Part shown: positions 1-10,679 of the stretch, piece by piece
Layout of the letters: every line of letters begins with the position of its first letter
How positions within the stretch are numbered: the stretch's first letter is position 1
Assembly: GCA_048128005.1 (NCBI GenBank)
Contig: JBEUKZ010000025.1
Location: forward strand, 248,001 to 289,490
DNA length: 41,490 nt
Source: Veleropilina oligotropha
Taxonomy: Eukaryota
Direction of reading: 5' to 3'
Notes under the pieces: generated by a model
Told to the model about the DNA's origin: nothing
The model's database searches: none
Seen by the model: the letters and a program-made list of their open reading frames with translations, nothing else
Made by a program: the position numbers and the translations under genes

Positions 1-368
1 TGACTCTTGTATACATATTTAAGGAGCTCCGGCTTGTATTCGTCTTAAATTTTCACACTCCGCGTATTATCTGCTACTAAAGGCAAATGCAGCTTGCTAT
101 AAGATACACGTGATGGGTAGGCCTACATAGTTGTATTGGCTTTACAAACGTATATACACCGGACCGCCCCGTGAGCCTGGACTGACCGAGGTTCACCTGT
201 TGCTAGTCCCCATGGATTTAACATTAACGACGCGTCCAAAGTCGGAGATGAAAAACCGGATTTCCAAAGTTGAGTAAAAGCCGGAGCTGTGGGGGAAGTA
301 CCGAAATAGCGCCACGTTTGAAAATCATTTATTTTAACAGGCATTTAACACGTGATTTTCTCTGTCAG

Positions 369-526
369 TTAAGGTCTCACTCCGATCTGACCGACATGCA
401 TGAAGGATATGCCTTCTATTAGTTTATCAAGCGTTAGAATAAGCCACGCCGGAGCGGGGTATGAACCCACATCCTACTGTTCCACTTAACGTTTTCCGAC
501 GCTCTACCAGTTGAGCTATCGAGGAC
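369..526 (-). mobile_element. tRNA-derived SINE, family A (3'-truncated copy)
   Basis: The minus strand reads GTCCTCGATAGCTCAACTGGTAGAGCG (A box) ... GGGTTCATACCCC (B box), then a non-tRNA body that closely matches 3539-3695. Confidence 0.85.
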
Positions 527-612
527 AATGGATAACAATGGAGATGTCCAATATGTTGAAAATAGATAACAATGGCGCTGTCCAATATGTTTGACAATGG
601 ATAACAATGACG
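524..612. repeat. Short degenerate tandem repeat (~36-bp unit, ~2.5 copies)
   Basis: GATAACAATG occurs three times and GTCCAATATGTT twice. Confidence 0.65.
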
Positions 613-904
613 CAATTAAGAGGCTAGCGAAATTTTGTTCCATACCGATGAATGGTATCTTTTAAAATCCAGATAAACGAATGGTCTTAAAAATGGTACT
701 ATACGCATCGATCCCTACCAGATTATGATAATTATTTCTTTTGAGACCGAGAATCAAACAAGGACATGGGTAACCAGTCCTGAGATCGAAACATAGATGC
801 TGAGTAGTGAATTGGCTGGGTTCAGTCTCGAGTTCATCTCCTTGATGCGTGAATTACATGATCGTCTCTGCATGAATTGCGCTAATCATCACCACATATC
901 GTTG

Positions 905-1095
905 CTTTACAGCGGCATCGGTGGGTAAGTGGTTCGAGATCAGCCGGTAGCTTATTCTACCACTTAACATAATAGAACGCATATGCCCTATAATATATTA
1001 TATCGTGGTGATAACTTGAACAGGGTGTCCCGACTGCGATAAGGTAAGAAAATTGCAATAAACTGTCGTAAAACAAGGTTACCAACAAATTACCA
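905..1095 (+). mobile_element. SINE family A, diverged copy
   Basis: GGTTCGA...GCTTATTCTA...TAATAGAACGCATAT...GGTGTCCCGAC...AAAATTGC...GTCGTAAAACAA is collinear with the reverse complement of 3466-3640. Confidence 0.7.
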
Positions 1096-1130
1096 ATCCA
1101 ATAATTGCTTTGCAGTGTTTTCGTTAAGAA

Positions 1131-1226
1131 GGACGCTTCGACAGTCGTGTGGTTTCGGTTGTGGACTCCGAAAAATCTCTGGCGTGATTCCGCTGATGCG
1201 AACAGTCGTGATCGATTGACACGGGC
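1131..1226 (+). mobile_element. SINE family B, 5' head fragment
   Basis: GGTTGTGGACTCCGAAAA...GATTCCGCTGATGCGAACAGT matches the heads at 4957 and at 34800-34888 (reverse complement). Confidence 0.7.
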
Positions 1227-1463
1227 GTTGATATAATATTACACTAATTTTATTGTGGTATGGCTTGTACATTCATGCATAGGTGGTGAACAATTAAAGA
1301 TGCGCACATCAAAAAGCCCCAACTATGTTGCACGTACAAGCCTCAATATATAAACCGTTTAAACTCGCCATCCGTTATATACACAAGAAAGATTTATGAC
1401 CTACAAGACATGCTGCTTCTGTGAACGCAGGTCAACTGGTCTCGAGAGACCGCAGTTCACGTA

Positions 1464-1608
1464 GGCCACTCAGTGGTCAAGTAGATAAGAGCACCTGACT
1501 GACTGCCCTGTTTGCCAGAAGTGGGCTCGAATCATCGGTACTTTCTGTAGTTATCAGTCGCAGCCCATAACTGGTTATGCCGGTACATAGTCACAGCAAC
1601 GAACGACG
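1464..1608 (+). mobile_element. 5' half of a tRNA-derived SINE interrupted by the Academ-type element
   Basis: A-box-like TGGTCAAGTAG and B-box-like GGGCTCGAATC. A matching SINE 3' half resumes at 8968. Confidence 0.55.
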
Positions 1609-2399
1609 TACGTTGGACAAAATGTTAACAAGCAAATCTCAGCTGAAATATGTTTAATGACGGTATATTATACCACAAAATATTCCCCACCCGGATCAGC
1701 CTATGGGAAAACCTCGTTTTAGGCTCAATCTAAGATTGGATGACGTTAGTTACGTAAATACCCTTATACCTCACTTGTTTGATGTTAATTTAGATATTTG
1801 AGGTACAATACACTTTTTATCCGTCTCCATGGAGATTCGGCTCATTCCGTAACAGTGATCGGATGGAACTAACTCGAATAACGTCGTCTGCTTCGTTAGA
1901 TGTAACTATATGCAAATGGCTGCACTCGTAAAATGTGATAAAAAAAAATTGGAAGTTATTTAAAAGATTGTGAAATTATCAATCAAATTAAAAGAAAGAT
2001 AAATTCGTTGTCGAATCTTAGTCTTGGTGGTATACTGTACATTGTACATCTATTGACGTTGAATCCCAAACCGATATTTAACGTCAAACGGGTACAACGT
2101 ACCGTATATCCTATCGCAACGGCGCTCAACAACTTGTAATGTACCTGCACAACGAACAGAACTACAAGCACAATTTAAGTGTTTTTGGCATGAAGTTTAA
2201 AATAATGTTATCCTTCAGGGTACACATTTATGTGATTCCCAATCATGGACATCCTGAAACGTCAATGACAATTTGTAAACGACATGATATTTGAAGGAAA
2301 TACCTTGATTATTGATGTAAAAGGACAAAACTATTTTTATTGTCCCATAATTCATATATTCGATTATAGTTCGATGCATCATTCTCCATATTTTGACAA

Positions 2400-3240
2400 T
2401 AATCAGCTGCATCCCGAGTCTTCATCTGATATGCATGCGATTCATTTGCCTTGACCAATTGCTGGTGTTATGTGCAAGTCAGTACATTTTTGCGACAGGT
2501 GCATTATTTTTTATGCATTTTCCACTACAATTGCACCTCACTATCCCGAGAAGTCTCTCCGGTGCTTCTGGCTGACTCATTCTGACAGGCACGAGACCAG
2601 CTGATGGTGCTCTCCAACCCCAGACCTCGGGTGAGATATCGTTGTTTCACACCAAGTTTGAACCTTTTGATAAGTCCATTGGCTATGGAAAGCTCGTGCT
2701 TCCGTCGTTGGTGGAGCTTCTCTGGAAGAACATAACCCGAAAACGTAGCCAGTTTCTTGTGAAACTTTGTAACAATGATGTCCGCTTTGATCATTTCATT
2801 TGCAATGAGATAGATAAGGGCCGGTTTGACGCGTTGGTCAGACACATTTTCTCAAAAATACACCAATGTCGTTTCAGGACCTACGGTGATGAGCTTCTTT
2901 CGTAGTGTCCGTTAATCCTATCAAAAACAACCAGGACAGTTCCACAGTTGATGCATACATGATGGGGGATATACATTACACAGTTCTTGACATAGCTGGA
3001 GAGTTTGTGATATTCATGTATTTATAGACTAATCTGCCGCCGTCAACAATATATTGTAAATCCATGTCGAGCTTATGATGCTTACGAGATGATGCATTCA
3101 GGCACAAGCTTCAAGGGATGGGGTATGAACTCTACTTTGTATCCGGTTCGCATACACACATGATTGTCAAAGAGAGATTTGGAGAGTGAGAACATAACTG
3201 ATAACGGTAGAGATCGGAAAGAGGTATATTGCCAATACAT
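2400..3240 (-). pseudogene. Academ transposase remnant: XPG/PIN-like region plus C-terminal Cys finger
   Basis: Manual translation across frameshifts gives LYRYQLCSH..SLFDNHVCMR, MDLQYIVDGGRLV, GTVLVVFD, KEAHHRR, KADIIVT, then WGWRAPSAGLVPVRMSQPEAPERLLGIVRCNCSGKC..CTCRKNVLTC. Confidence 0.75.
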
Positions 3241-3465
3241 GTAACAAGATGATTGTGGAGAGTATAACTCCTTAACGGATGCTGGACTCCACTGAGAACC
3301 ACCCTGTTGTATTGTTGTCGATGAATACTACTGCACTGCTGAAGAATGACTTGCTGATGTTTACTATCTTATTCGATAGACCATGAGTATTTTCCACATG
3401 TTATCACGATGGATGCTGTCGAAAAGGTGATGTACAGTGGGGCATTGTACTCCCGACATTGCTCG

Positions 3466-3695
3466 AGTTGAGTTGACAAATTTGTTTTTACGACCCCTTT
3501 GGCAATTTTTCAGCCTTAACGTGGTCGGGACACCTGGTTTAAGGTCTCACTCCGATCTGACCGACATACATTAGGGATATGCCATCTATTAGTTTTAAGC
3601 CTTAGAATAAGCCAGGCCGGAGCGGGGTTGAACCTACATCCTACCAACCCACATAACGTTTTTCCGACGCTCTAACCAGTTGAGCTATCGAGGAC
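3466..3695 (-). mobile_element. SINE family A, near full-length, inserted in the RTE RT region
   Basis: A box TAGCTCAACTGG, B box GGTTCAACCCC and a CAACT-repeat tail. Removing it rejoins the RT motif ..HNII-EQCREY.. Confidence 0.85.
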
Positions 3696-3801
3696 GATAG
3701 AAATTCATCGATGATGTTGTGAATGGCAAATATTAGGTTAGTACACCCCTTCTTCTCTCAGCCTGCCACATAGGGCCCTGTCAATCCTGTTGCAAACGAT
3801 C

Positions 3802-3960
3802 CTGCAGAAGATCGTGCTTTACCAAGCCAGGAGGGTTGTCTCAATTCCCAAGTTTAATGTCTGTGGTATATTCACTGCAGAAGATCGTGCTTGGTAAATG
3901 GTACAGACAGGAGGGTTGTCCCAATTCCCCAAGTTTAATTTCTGTGGTATCTTCACTGCG
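3802..3960. repeat. Local tandem duplication (~75-80 bp x2) inside the RTE
   Basis: CTGCAGAAGATCGTGCTT at 3802 and 3875, each followed by CAGGAGGGTTGTC..CAAGTTTAAT.TCTGTGGTAT. Confidence 0.8.
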
Positions 3961-4049
3961 CCAGTCTCCCGGAATAGTGTCATGCTCTCAGATGTTCGAA
4001 AATAACATCATTAGGGCCCTTTTGGCAGTCGCCAGGTCCGCTTCAATGT

Positions 4050-4360
4050 GCCGTCATGGCTCAATGGGTTGTTCACAGGAACAGAGTCTCGGGGTCGCCC
4101 CCAAAGCTCGCTTGGGCTAGTAAATAAGCATATATTTGCCTCGGTCCACCCAGCCGATCTGAATGGGTACCTGGTTGGCAGTTATGTAAGTCATGGCGCT
4201 ACCCGCGTGTAAATGACTGTAATGCTCCTAGAGGAAGTTGAGATGGTATATCGAGTGGAACAGGCCCATAACCAGAGGTAATAAATAATAATATTCAGCA
4301 CATTGAGACATTTGCGTAATAATGCGCTATATAAGACCGTGAAATTACTAACTACATTAT
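4050..4360 (+). mobile_element. tRNA-derived SINE family C (central CCACCCAG..AATGGGTACC domain, L2-like tail)
   Basis: A box TGGCTCAATGG, core CCACCCAGCCGATCTGAATGGGTACCTGG and tail GCGCTATATAAG..ATTA. The RTE frame IHPE/..ADLATAK resumes across it, and a related fragment lies at 22511. Confidence 0.8.
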
Positions 4361-4956
4361 TCAGGGTGGATCAAATCAGTACCAGAATCTGTTACTGATT
4401 TCATCGAAAGTACTGCCTTCCTGACTTCATCTTCTGTTGGTACGTCAATGTCAATGTCTAGTTGGTCAGTGAATGGTGCTTTATTTGGTAGTTTCGGTCG
4501 ATTGAGTACCTTACGAAAGTGTTTCACCCATCTTGTATCCCTGTTCTCGCTCTGTTGTAATGACCTTTCCAGTAATGTCCTTGACAGGTGGATGTTGAAC
4601 GTTAGTTCCACACAACTCCCTGGTCAGTTTGTATACAGTGCTGAGTTCCCCACGTGATGCTGCCTCATCCGCATGCCTTGCTTTCATATCCAGGACGTCC
4701 CTCTTGTCCCTTCTGGCACTTTGCTTCACTTATCTATCTTTTGCTATGTTCTTCCCTTCTAGCTGTTCTTTGACTTTGTCGGATCTCGTTTTTAAAAGTT
4801 TCTCCTTGAACTCCCTTTGACACCCAATTGCTCCCCATGTGTTGTTGGAAACCCATTTATTGTTGTTTCTTTTCCTAAAGCCATGTACATTCTCGCAGGT
4901 GTGGTGGTATTTATTCTTGATGTTTCCCCAAATATCCTCTGTATCATTCTCCACCG

Positions 4957-5216
4957 AGGGCCGCATCGGCAGCGCAGTGGGTAGGAGTGTCCACTCTCTA
5001 AATTCACTGGCTTGATTCCGCTAATGCGAACAGTAGTGGGTTCAATACTTGGCTGAGGCATTGACATTTGTTCAAGTTATGAATCACAGTTGTCCCGGAT
5101 TGCCGAAGAGGGCGGGTTTACCCGGGCGACCGGGGTTTCCTCCCGCGATAACACGGACATGTCCTGCCTTGAACCTCGATGTTGTAAATATACAGGACAT
5201 TAAGCATCATTCCTCC
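4957..5216 (+). mobile_element. SINE family B, full-length, with a 12-bp TSD
   Basis: Flanked by CATTCTCCACCG at 4945-4956 and 5217-5228. It has a tRNA-like head and a GGGTTTACCCGGGCGACCGGGGTTTCCTCCC core. Excision restores RTE ..DLNTVEN-DTEDIW.. Confidence 0.92.
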
Positions 5217-5815
5217 CATTCTCCACCGTGTTCAAATCAGTCAGGCCACTGAATCTGTTCCTAAGTTCCAGAACAAATAGGGTTTTCTCCTCTGGATATT
5301 TCCGTCTGCATACATCAAACTTCATCACTACAGTGTCCTGGCTGGATTGCTTCTTACGTTTCAGCTTGACTGGGGCGACAACAAGGTGGAGATCACTGGT
5401 TGTATCTGCTCCTCTGAAAACCGTCGTGTCAAAAAGATGTAATCTCCATTCGTTGTTGATCATGATCATGATCATGTCAGTCTGATTGTTGTTCCTCAAA
5501 CCTATTTGGTGACACCCATGTCAACTTGTGTATCTTCTTGAGTGGAAATAGAGTTCCCCGTATTGCAATGTTGTTGTTTCCGCAGAAGTCTGCCAGCCGT
5601 GCTTCATTGTCGTCAATAACACATCCACATCCATTCTATCCCTGTTGGTGTTATCTGATCCGATCTTGGCATTGGCATCTCAAAGACCAGAAGCATATCA
5701 TGCAGTGGCACCTCTGAAACTGTCGCCTGTAGTTGTTCATACCAGGTGTTGTTAGTTTCGTCGTCTGCCTCTTTGGTGCATAACACTGGATGACATTTAG
5801 TTTGCAGAAGATGGA

Positions 5816-6070
5816 AAGGAAAGGATGGATGTCTAATGTAATGTATATTTACAACCATAAGGTTCAATGCAGGACATATTATCGCAGTAGGATAGCCCGA
5901 TCGTCCGGATAAATCTGCCCTTTCATATCAGTGACGTGCAACTGTAGATTCATCTGAACAATGTCATTTTCGCAACCGATATTCGAACCCACTACTGTTC
6001 GTGTCATTGATATGAAGCCAGTGACTTCCGGGGTCTGCAACCGAAGCCACATGACTATCAGAGCGGCCAT
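5816..6070 (-). mobile_element. SINE family B, full-length, with a decayed 12-bp TSD
   Basis: Homologous to 4957-5216. Flanks are GCAGAAGATGGA (5804-5815) and GTAGAAGCTGGA (6071-6082). Excision restores ARFNSSF-CKLNVIQCYAP. Confidence 0.88.
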
Positions 6071-6719
6071 GTAGAAGCTGGAGTTAAAGCGTGCATTGAT
6101 AAGTTTTTCATTGATTTGCTCCCATTTAATAAGTGATTTGGCCTTGTCTTTCGTAATTATTAGCGTTACACATTGAGCACGGTGATCATCTTTCCTTCCT
6201 GAATAGAGAATGGTTGACCCATCTGCAGTCTGTAACGTTCCATTTCCTTCAGGACTTGCGCAATCTTGGAGGTCTGGTACATCGATCGAACATTCCTTGC
6301 TCAAATCTTGATCTTGGGACCAGGAAGTACCATTTTCTTTAAAGCATCAGATATTCGCCTTTTGATATTGTCTCTCAGCTGTATTAGAACACTACTTTAC
6401 CGGGGTTACGCTGTGGACGTGTGATACCTGACTTTCCAACAGAGCTTAGAGTATGAACGAAGGGTACATGTCAGCATTTAAAGTTGAGAGTACCTGGTGA
6501 CCCCAGTCATCCCCGCCAACACCCTTTGTTGAGCATTCTACGATTGAACGCTATTCAATGCAACTGCTGGCCGAATGCGACTATATTAGACACTTCCTGC
6601 TGGTCGGTTATATCACATAGTACTCCAAAGTTGAACGTACGCACATGGGGTTACTTGGAGGTAGGTCGACCAGACCATGGGGAGGAATATTGACGTGCTT
6701 GTCCCCGGGTTAGGTACTT

Positions 6720-7600
6720 CAGTATGCAGTGATATCATATATCCACACCACAAGGGTCGTGGTTGAGACAAATGCATTGATACTTGCCACAAGATACCTA
6801 GTTTCGAATTCTGGATCTTTCTGTGAAATATACAAACGATGATGAATTTTATGTTTGCTAGATCAACTTTTGGGTCATTTTGGAAAATGATTGTAGTCTC
6901 TAGCATAACATTGATGACCAGGATAAATGTTAAGCATGGCTGGAGTAACAACACCCATCTGACCTAACATGTGATTAACATTTTCACCATCCAGTGACTT
7001 TGCATTGTGATCAACATTGTCAGCAATCAAATGCGGAAATGCATCATAAGTATGCATCATAAGTTCACGTACATCTACCCCATTCACGATAGCAGTATTT
7101 TCCTTGTACAGATTTTATCCAAATATACAGAGTAGGTCGATGGAATCACATTTGATCGAATGTGACACTCAAGCCGACATGAAGATGAAAAAGAAAGGCT
7201 ATGACCGATGGATGCACACTGCCGGTTTGCACTTCTGATTTTGATAATTGTCGGCAGAACCAGGCACAGTGAATGGGGCAGGATGATGAGATTGTGTCCA
7301 AATGATTTGATATCTTAATAGTCTGGATACACATCTTTCTGCTTTTCAGCACATTTGATATCATTTCGTATGTACATTGTTACAGATTTTATTTATTAAA
7401 GCATCCGTGCCCTTTGAATCGTCTCTCCATTTACTATGCGCATCGAATCAAATGCTTCTCGTTTGAGGTGAGCGTAGTGATAGGCGGCTGCTGCATTGAA
7501 GATGTGTTAGTGACTCTGTCGTCATAGTGTGCGTATACAATTGTCTTTGATGAGATATATTGCAATATACGTCGTCACCTCTACTTTGATTGCCGAAGAT
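6720..7600 (-). pseudogene. Academ transposase remnant around the first catalytic Asp
   Basis: ORF 6875..7087 contains HLIADNVDHNAKSLDGENVNHMLGQMGVVTP; upstream is PSVIAFLFHLHVGLSV. Confidence 0.7.
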
Positions 7601-7699
7601 TCCATATAGTTCATCCAAGGCGATTATCTCGTAATCATTATTTTCAAGATATTCAATGACCTGCAGAAATGCGTACTACTTCACTTCATCAACTGGTCG

Positions 7700-7950
7700 G
7701 CTTCGGCGTCATCGTGCCTATCAGAATGAGGCAGCTAGCAGCACCGGAGAGTCTCATCAGGATAGTGAGGTGCAATAATTATGATGAAAAATCATGCACC
7801 TGTCGCAAAAATGTACTGAGGCGCACACAAGCATGTGGTCAGTGCAAAGGAGTCGCATGCATAAATGGATACCAAATGGAGAGTCAGGATGCGGATGATC
7901 ATGGTCAATATATTGAAAAGGATGCATCGGAATATAATAGAATAAAATAG
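7700..7950 (+). pseudogene. Second, inverted copy of the Academ C-terminal Cys finger
   Basis: PIRMRQLAAPESLIRIVRCN..SCTCRKNVLRRTQACGQCKGVACIN is homologous to minus-strand 2400-2600. Confidence 0.8.
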
Positions 7951-8967
7951 ATTAATTATTGGACAATACAAGTAGTTGTTACGTGATCAAAACTTTTGTC
8001 TTTTTACATCCATAATAAAGGTATTTCTTTCAAATATCGTGTCAGGTCTAAATTGTCACCGACGTTTCTGTATGACCTTGGTTGGGGATCATATGATGCA
8101 TATGTGCCCTGGAGGATAAAAGCAGATTAAATTTCATGCCAAGGACACTTATATCTTACCTGTAGTTAGGTTGTTTGGTGAAATACATTGTAATTTGTTG
8201 AGTGACGTCGCGGTAGTGTACGGTACGTTGTACATCGTTTGAAATATCGCTTCACGGTTCAAAGTCAATAAGTGTATAGTATATTCGACAACGAATCTAC
8301 CTAGCTTTTAATTTGAATTATTATTTCACAATCTATTAAATAACTTATCATAGTTGTTCATCACATTTTGCGAGTGCAGACATTTGCATTTATGTTTACA
8401 TCGAACGAAGCAGACGACGTTATTCGAGTTAGTTCCATCCGATCACTGTTACGGAAAGAGGCGAATCTCCATGGAGACGGATAAAAAGTGTATTGTACCT
8501 CAAATATCTAAACTAACATCAAGCAAGTGAGGTATAAGGGTATTTACGTAAGTAACGTCATCCAGTCAGAACATTGGATGAACGCAAAAAGCAATATAAG
8601 AAATCATGTCACATTTCGGCTTATTTTTATCATTATGACAATGACCTTGACCTTTACGCATGACCTTGACCTCTGATCAAATTTTAAGTGTCATAATCTA
8701 AATGGGCATACTCGAATTAGTTGGAAATGACACCTCAAATAAGATTTTGTTAAATATTTCCAAATTTACAATAATTTGTATATTCCATGGCGGTCATCTT
8801 GGATTTAACCGGAAACGTGAATGTCCCATTGCGGCCATCTTGGATTGAGCCTAAAACGAGGTTTTTCCATAGGCTGATCCGGGTGGGGAATGTTTTGTGG
8901 TATAATATTCTGTCATTGAACATATTTCAGCAGAGATTTGCTTGTTTACGTTTTTGTCCAACCTCTA

Positions 8968-9062
8968 ATGTATGTGGTAGCTTCGCTTCGTTTACTAGCC
9001 TAGTAGGTTTTGCCGAGTTCCTGGGATTTTCTCCCGCGATAATGTGAACATGTCCTGATAAA
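8968..9062 (+). mobile_element. 3' half of the SINE split by the Academ-type element
   Basis: GGTTTTGCCGAGTTCCTGGGATTTTCTCCCGCGATAATGTGAACATGTCCTG matches the family-B core and tail. Confidence 0.65.
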
Positions 9063-9064
9063 GT

Positions 9065-9700
9065 TAGGTCCAGAACTTCAATTCCGTGACCAGTCTTTGG
9101 CTAGTAAGGTTTGAGGATTAATTTAACTGCTAATTAAGGGCCTTTAAAAATAGCTCATATGTCCTTCTAAAAATCTCTGGCAAATTTTTTGGAGGATTAA
9201 AACCAAGATAGTCACTGACGCCATCTTGAAAATAATGTACAATGTATATTCAGAATCTGACATTAGCTTAACGTTATGACATCATTTTCACCCGGAAACT
9301 GGGTCGTCCAATAGAGCTAAAACCTAACTTTTGAAAGAGAGCAACAGGGATATTGAATCAATGATTTGTTATTTTGCGTGTCTTGTTTGTTGGTGTAAGT
9401 TCGTATAACGTATATGTATTTCATGTACATATTTCTGTTTTCATTGGGTGTGTGAGAGTACAAGATGGCACTGACATGCAAGCACAGAATTGAAAAGATG
9501 GATGTCAGGACCATGTCTACAGTTCTGTGGTATTCAGTGTGACGGGAATTACAATGAAGCCACCGATGTCATTATCTCCATTGATAGTTGGAAACATCTC
9601 AAGACAAAGATCATGTTATGGGGTTGTCTTGATAAGTTCGGAAACATCTTCGCAAAGGGCGATTGGGATTATGGTACCGGTTGATATTGAATCATGTAGG
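9065..9700 (+). mobile_element. Possible 5' end of another DNA transposon with an N-terminal coding remnant
   Basis: TAG-start terminus-like sequence, a CGCCATCTTG motif and a protein-like fragment (WKHLKTKIMLWGCLDKFGNIFAKGDWDYG). Family uncertain. Confidence 0.3.
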
Positions 9701-10199
9701 TTGTCCTAATGAAATGCCAAAAACTGGACCAAACCAAGGCAAGACAGTAAAAACGAGAAGTAGAGGAATGCCAACATCACTCTTCGTCCATGTAATGTAT
9801 TTCTTTCAACTATAGCTGCGATAGAGTGTATATGAGCGGATACTTCAAAAACCAAAGAACATTGTCCGTCAGGATCATTATTCAAATTGAGATCATCGGC
9901 TGCTATGCGACTAACACGCGAGCGCCATCTAGTGAGCGCTCGGCAGACGAGCCTCATTGATCGCTGAGTAGACATCAAGATAGCTCCAAAACACCATCTT
10001 TTTTAGATCTTCAAACTCTCAATGATAGTAACGACATTGATGTCTTCATTGTAAATCCCGCGACATTGGGGAAAATACTGAGCGGTAGATATTCTGACTT
10101 CTGTGCGTCTCCGTGCAGTTTCATACGAGCGTAAACTCCATGAAGAAATAGTGATTAAATTGATGTTTAACGACCATGCCGACAATATATTAGTCCTAC

Positions 10200-10450
10200 T
10201 AAAGGTCGATAGATTGATGTGATTATCCTGTTTTAGTACAGGATCGTCGTGCATTTCTCCTGCACTCGGTTTTGTCTTTTGAAAATTTAAAACCATTCTC
10301 ATAAGACCATGCTTGAAATTCATTTAAGTCACGCGGTAGTAGTCCTTCGATACTATTCATGTTAATTGAACGTTAGCAAATGCCGAAATCGTCAACAAAT
10401 ATTGAGCAGTCTGTATTGGCATTAATATATACTTGGCAATGCTGTTACAT
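10200..10450 (-). mobile_element. Reverse transcriptase fragment of an I-group LINE
   Basis: Manual translation NSIAKYINANTDCSIFVDDFGIC*RSINMNSIEGLLPRDLNEFQAWSYENGFKFSKDKT contains the catalytic xxDD and the W..NGFKFS.K motif. Confidence 0.8.
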
Positions 10451-10679
10451 TGCCTGTAAATTGTTTTGAGATTGGCCTGGCTATGTTGTACCCGGGGGAA
10501 AAGACCACGTTTTGTAGGGTAGGTGGACACCGTCTGCTGTAAAAGGATGGTGGCAATTTTCCATTAGTATGAAACTCATGGAACACATCTCGGGTGGCAA
10601 GTTTTCTGGAAAATCCACAGGGACTAGTTTTTAAAGTGATTTATCTGTGTAATTTCACCGAAAAATAATAGGCTGTGTC

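Larger units (their letters stand above)
3250..6700 (-). mobile_element. RTE-clade LINE remnant (APE endonuclease plus N-terminal half of RT), interrupted by 4 SINEs
   Basis: APE: GSTILYSGRKDD, INEKLINARFNS, VIQCYAP, WYEQLQ, RGADTTSDLHLV. Linker: LELRNRF, RWVKHFRKVLNRP, PTEDEVRKAV. RT: LFSNI*E..IPGDW, QCREYNAPLYI, FDSIHRDNMWKIL, FSVESSIR*GVILS. Many stops and frameshifts; the 5' boundary is approximate. Confidence 0.9.
1609..8967 (-). mobile_element. Degenerate Academ-type (AcademX-like) DNA transposon with ~1-1.25-kb inverted arms
   Basis: 1612-2600 is the inverted copy of 7700-8962. The right end is CTA (TAG terminus) and the flanks are ACG/ATG, a candidate 3-bp TSD. Internal remnants show ADNVDHN..LDG, XPG/PIN-like IVDGG and VVFD motifs and a Cys-rich C-terminal finger, matching the Academ architecture (DDE transposase + XPG + Cys8). 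Confidence 0.8.

Noticed and set aside
440..526. tRNA gene (also 3610-3695, 4957-5050, 34345-34430)
   Set aside because: A and B boxes are present but there is no intact cloverleaf, and each continues into a shared SINE body.
2642..2905. Plus-strand 87-aa ORF (and similar ORFs at 4448, 4629, 5228)
   Set aside because: Antisense shadows of minus-strand transposase or RTE coding remnants.
6480..6720. HDV-like ribozyme in the RTE 5' UTR
   Set aside because: Expected for some RTEs, but no consistent P1-P4 pseudoknot could be built by eye; an Infernal search is needed.
8640..8675. TGACCTTGACCT nuclear-receptor sites
   Set aside because: They lie inside the transposon arm, where they are a common subterminal repeat motif.
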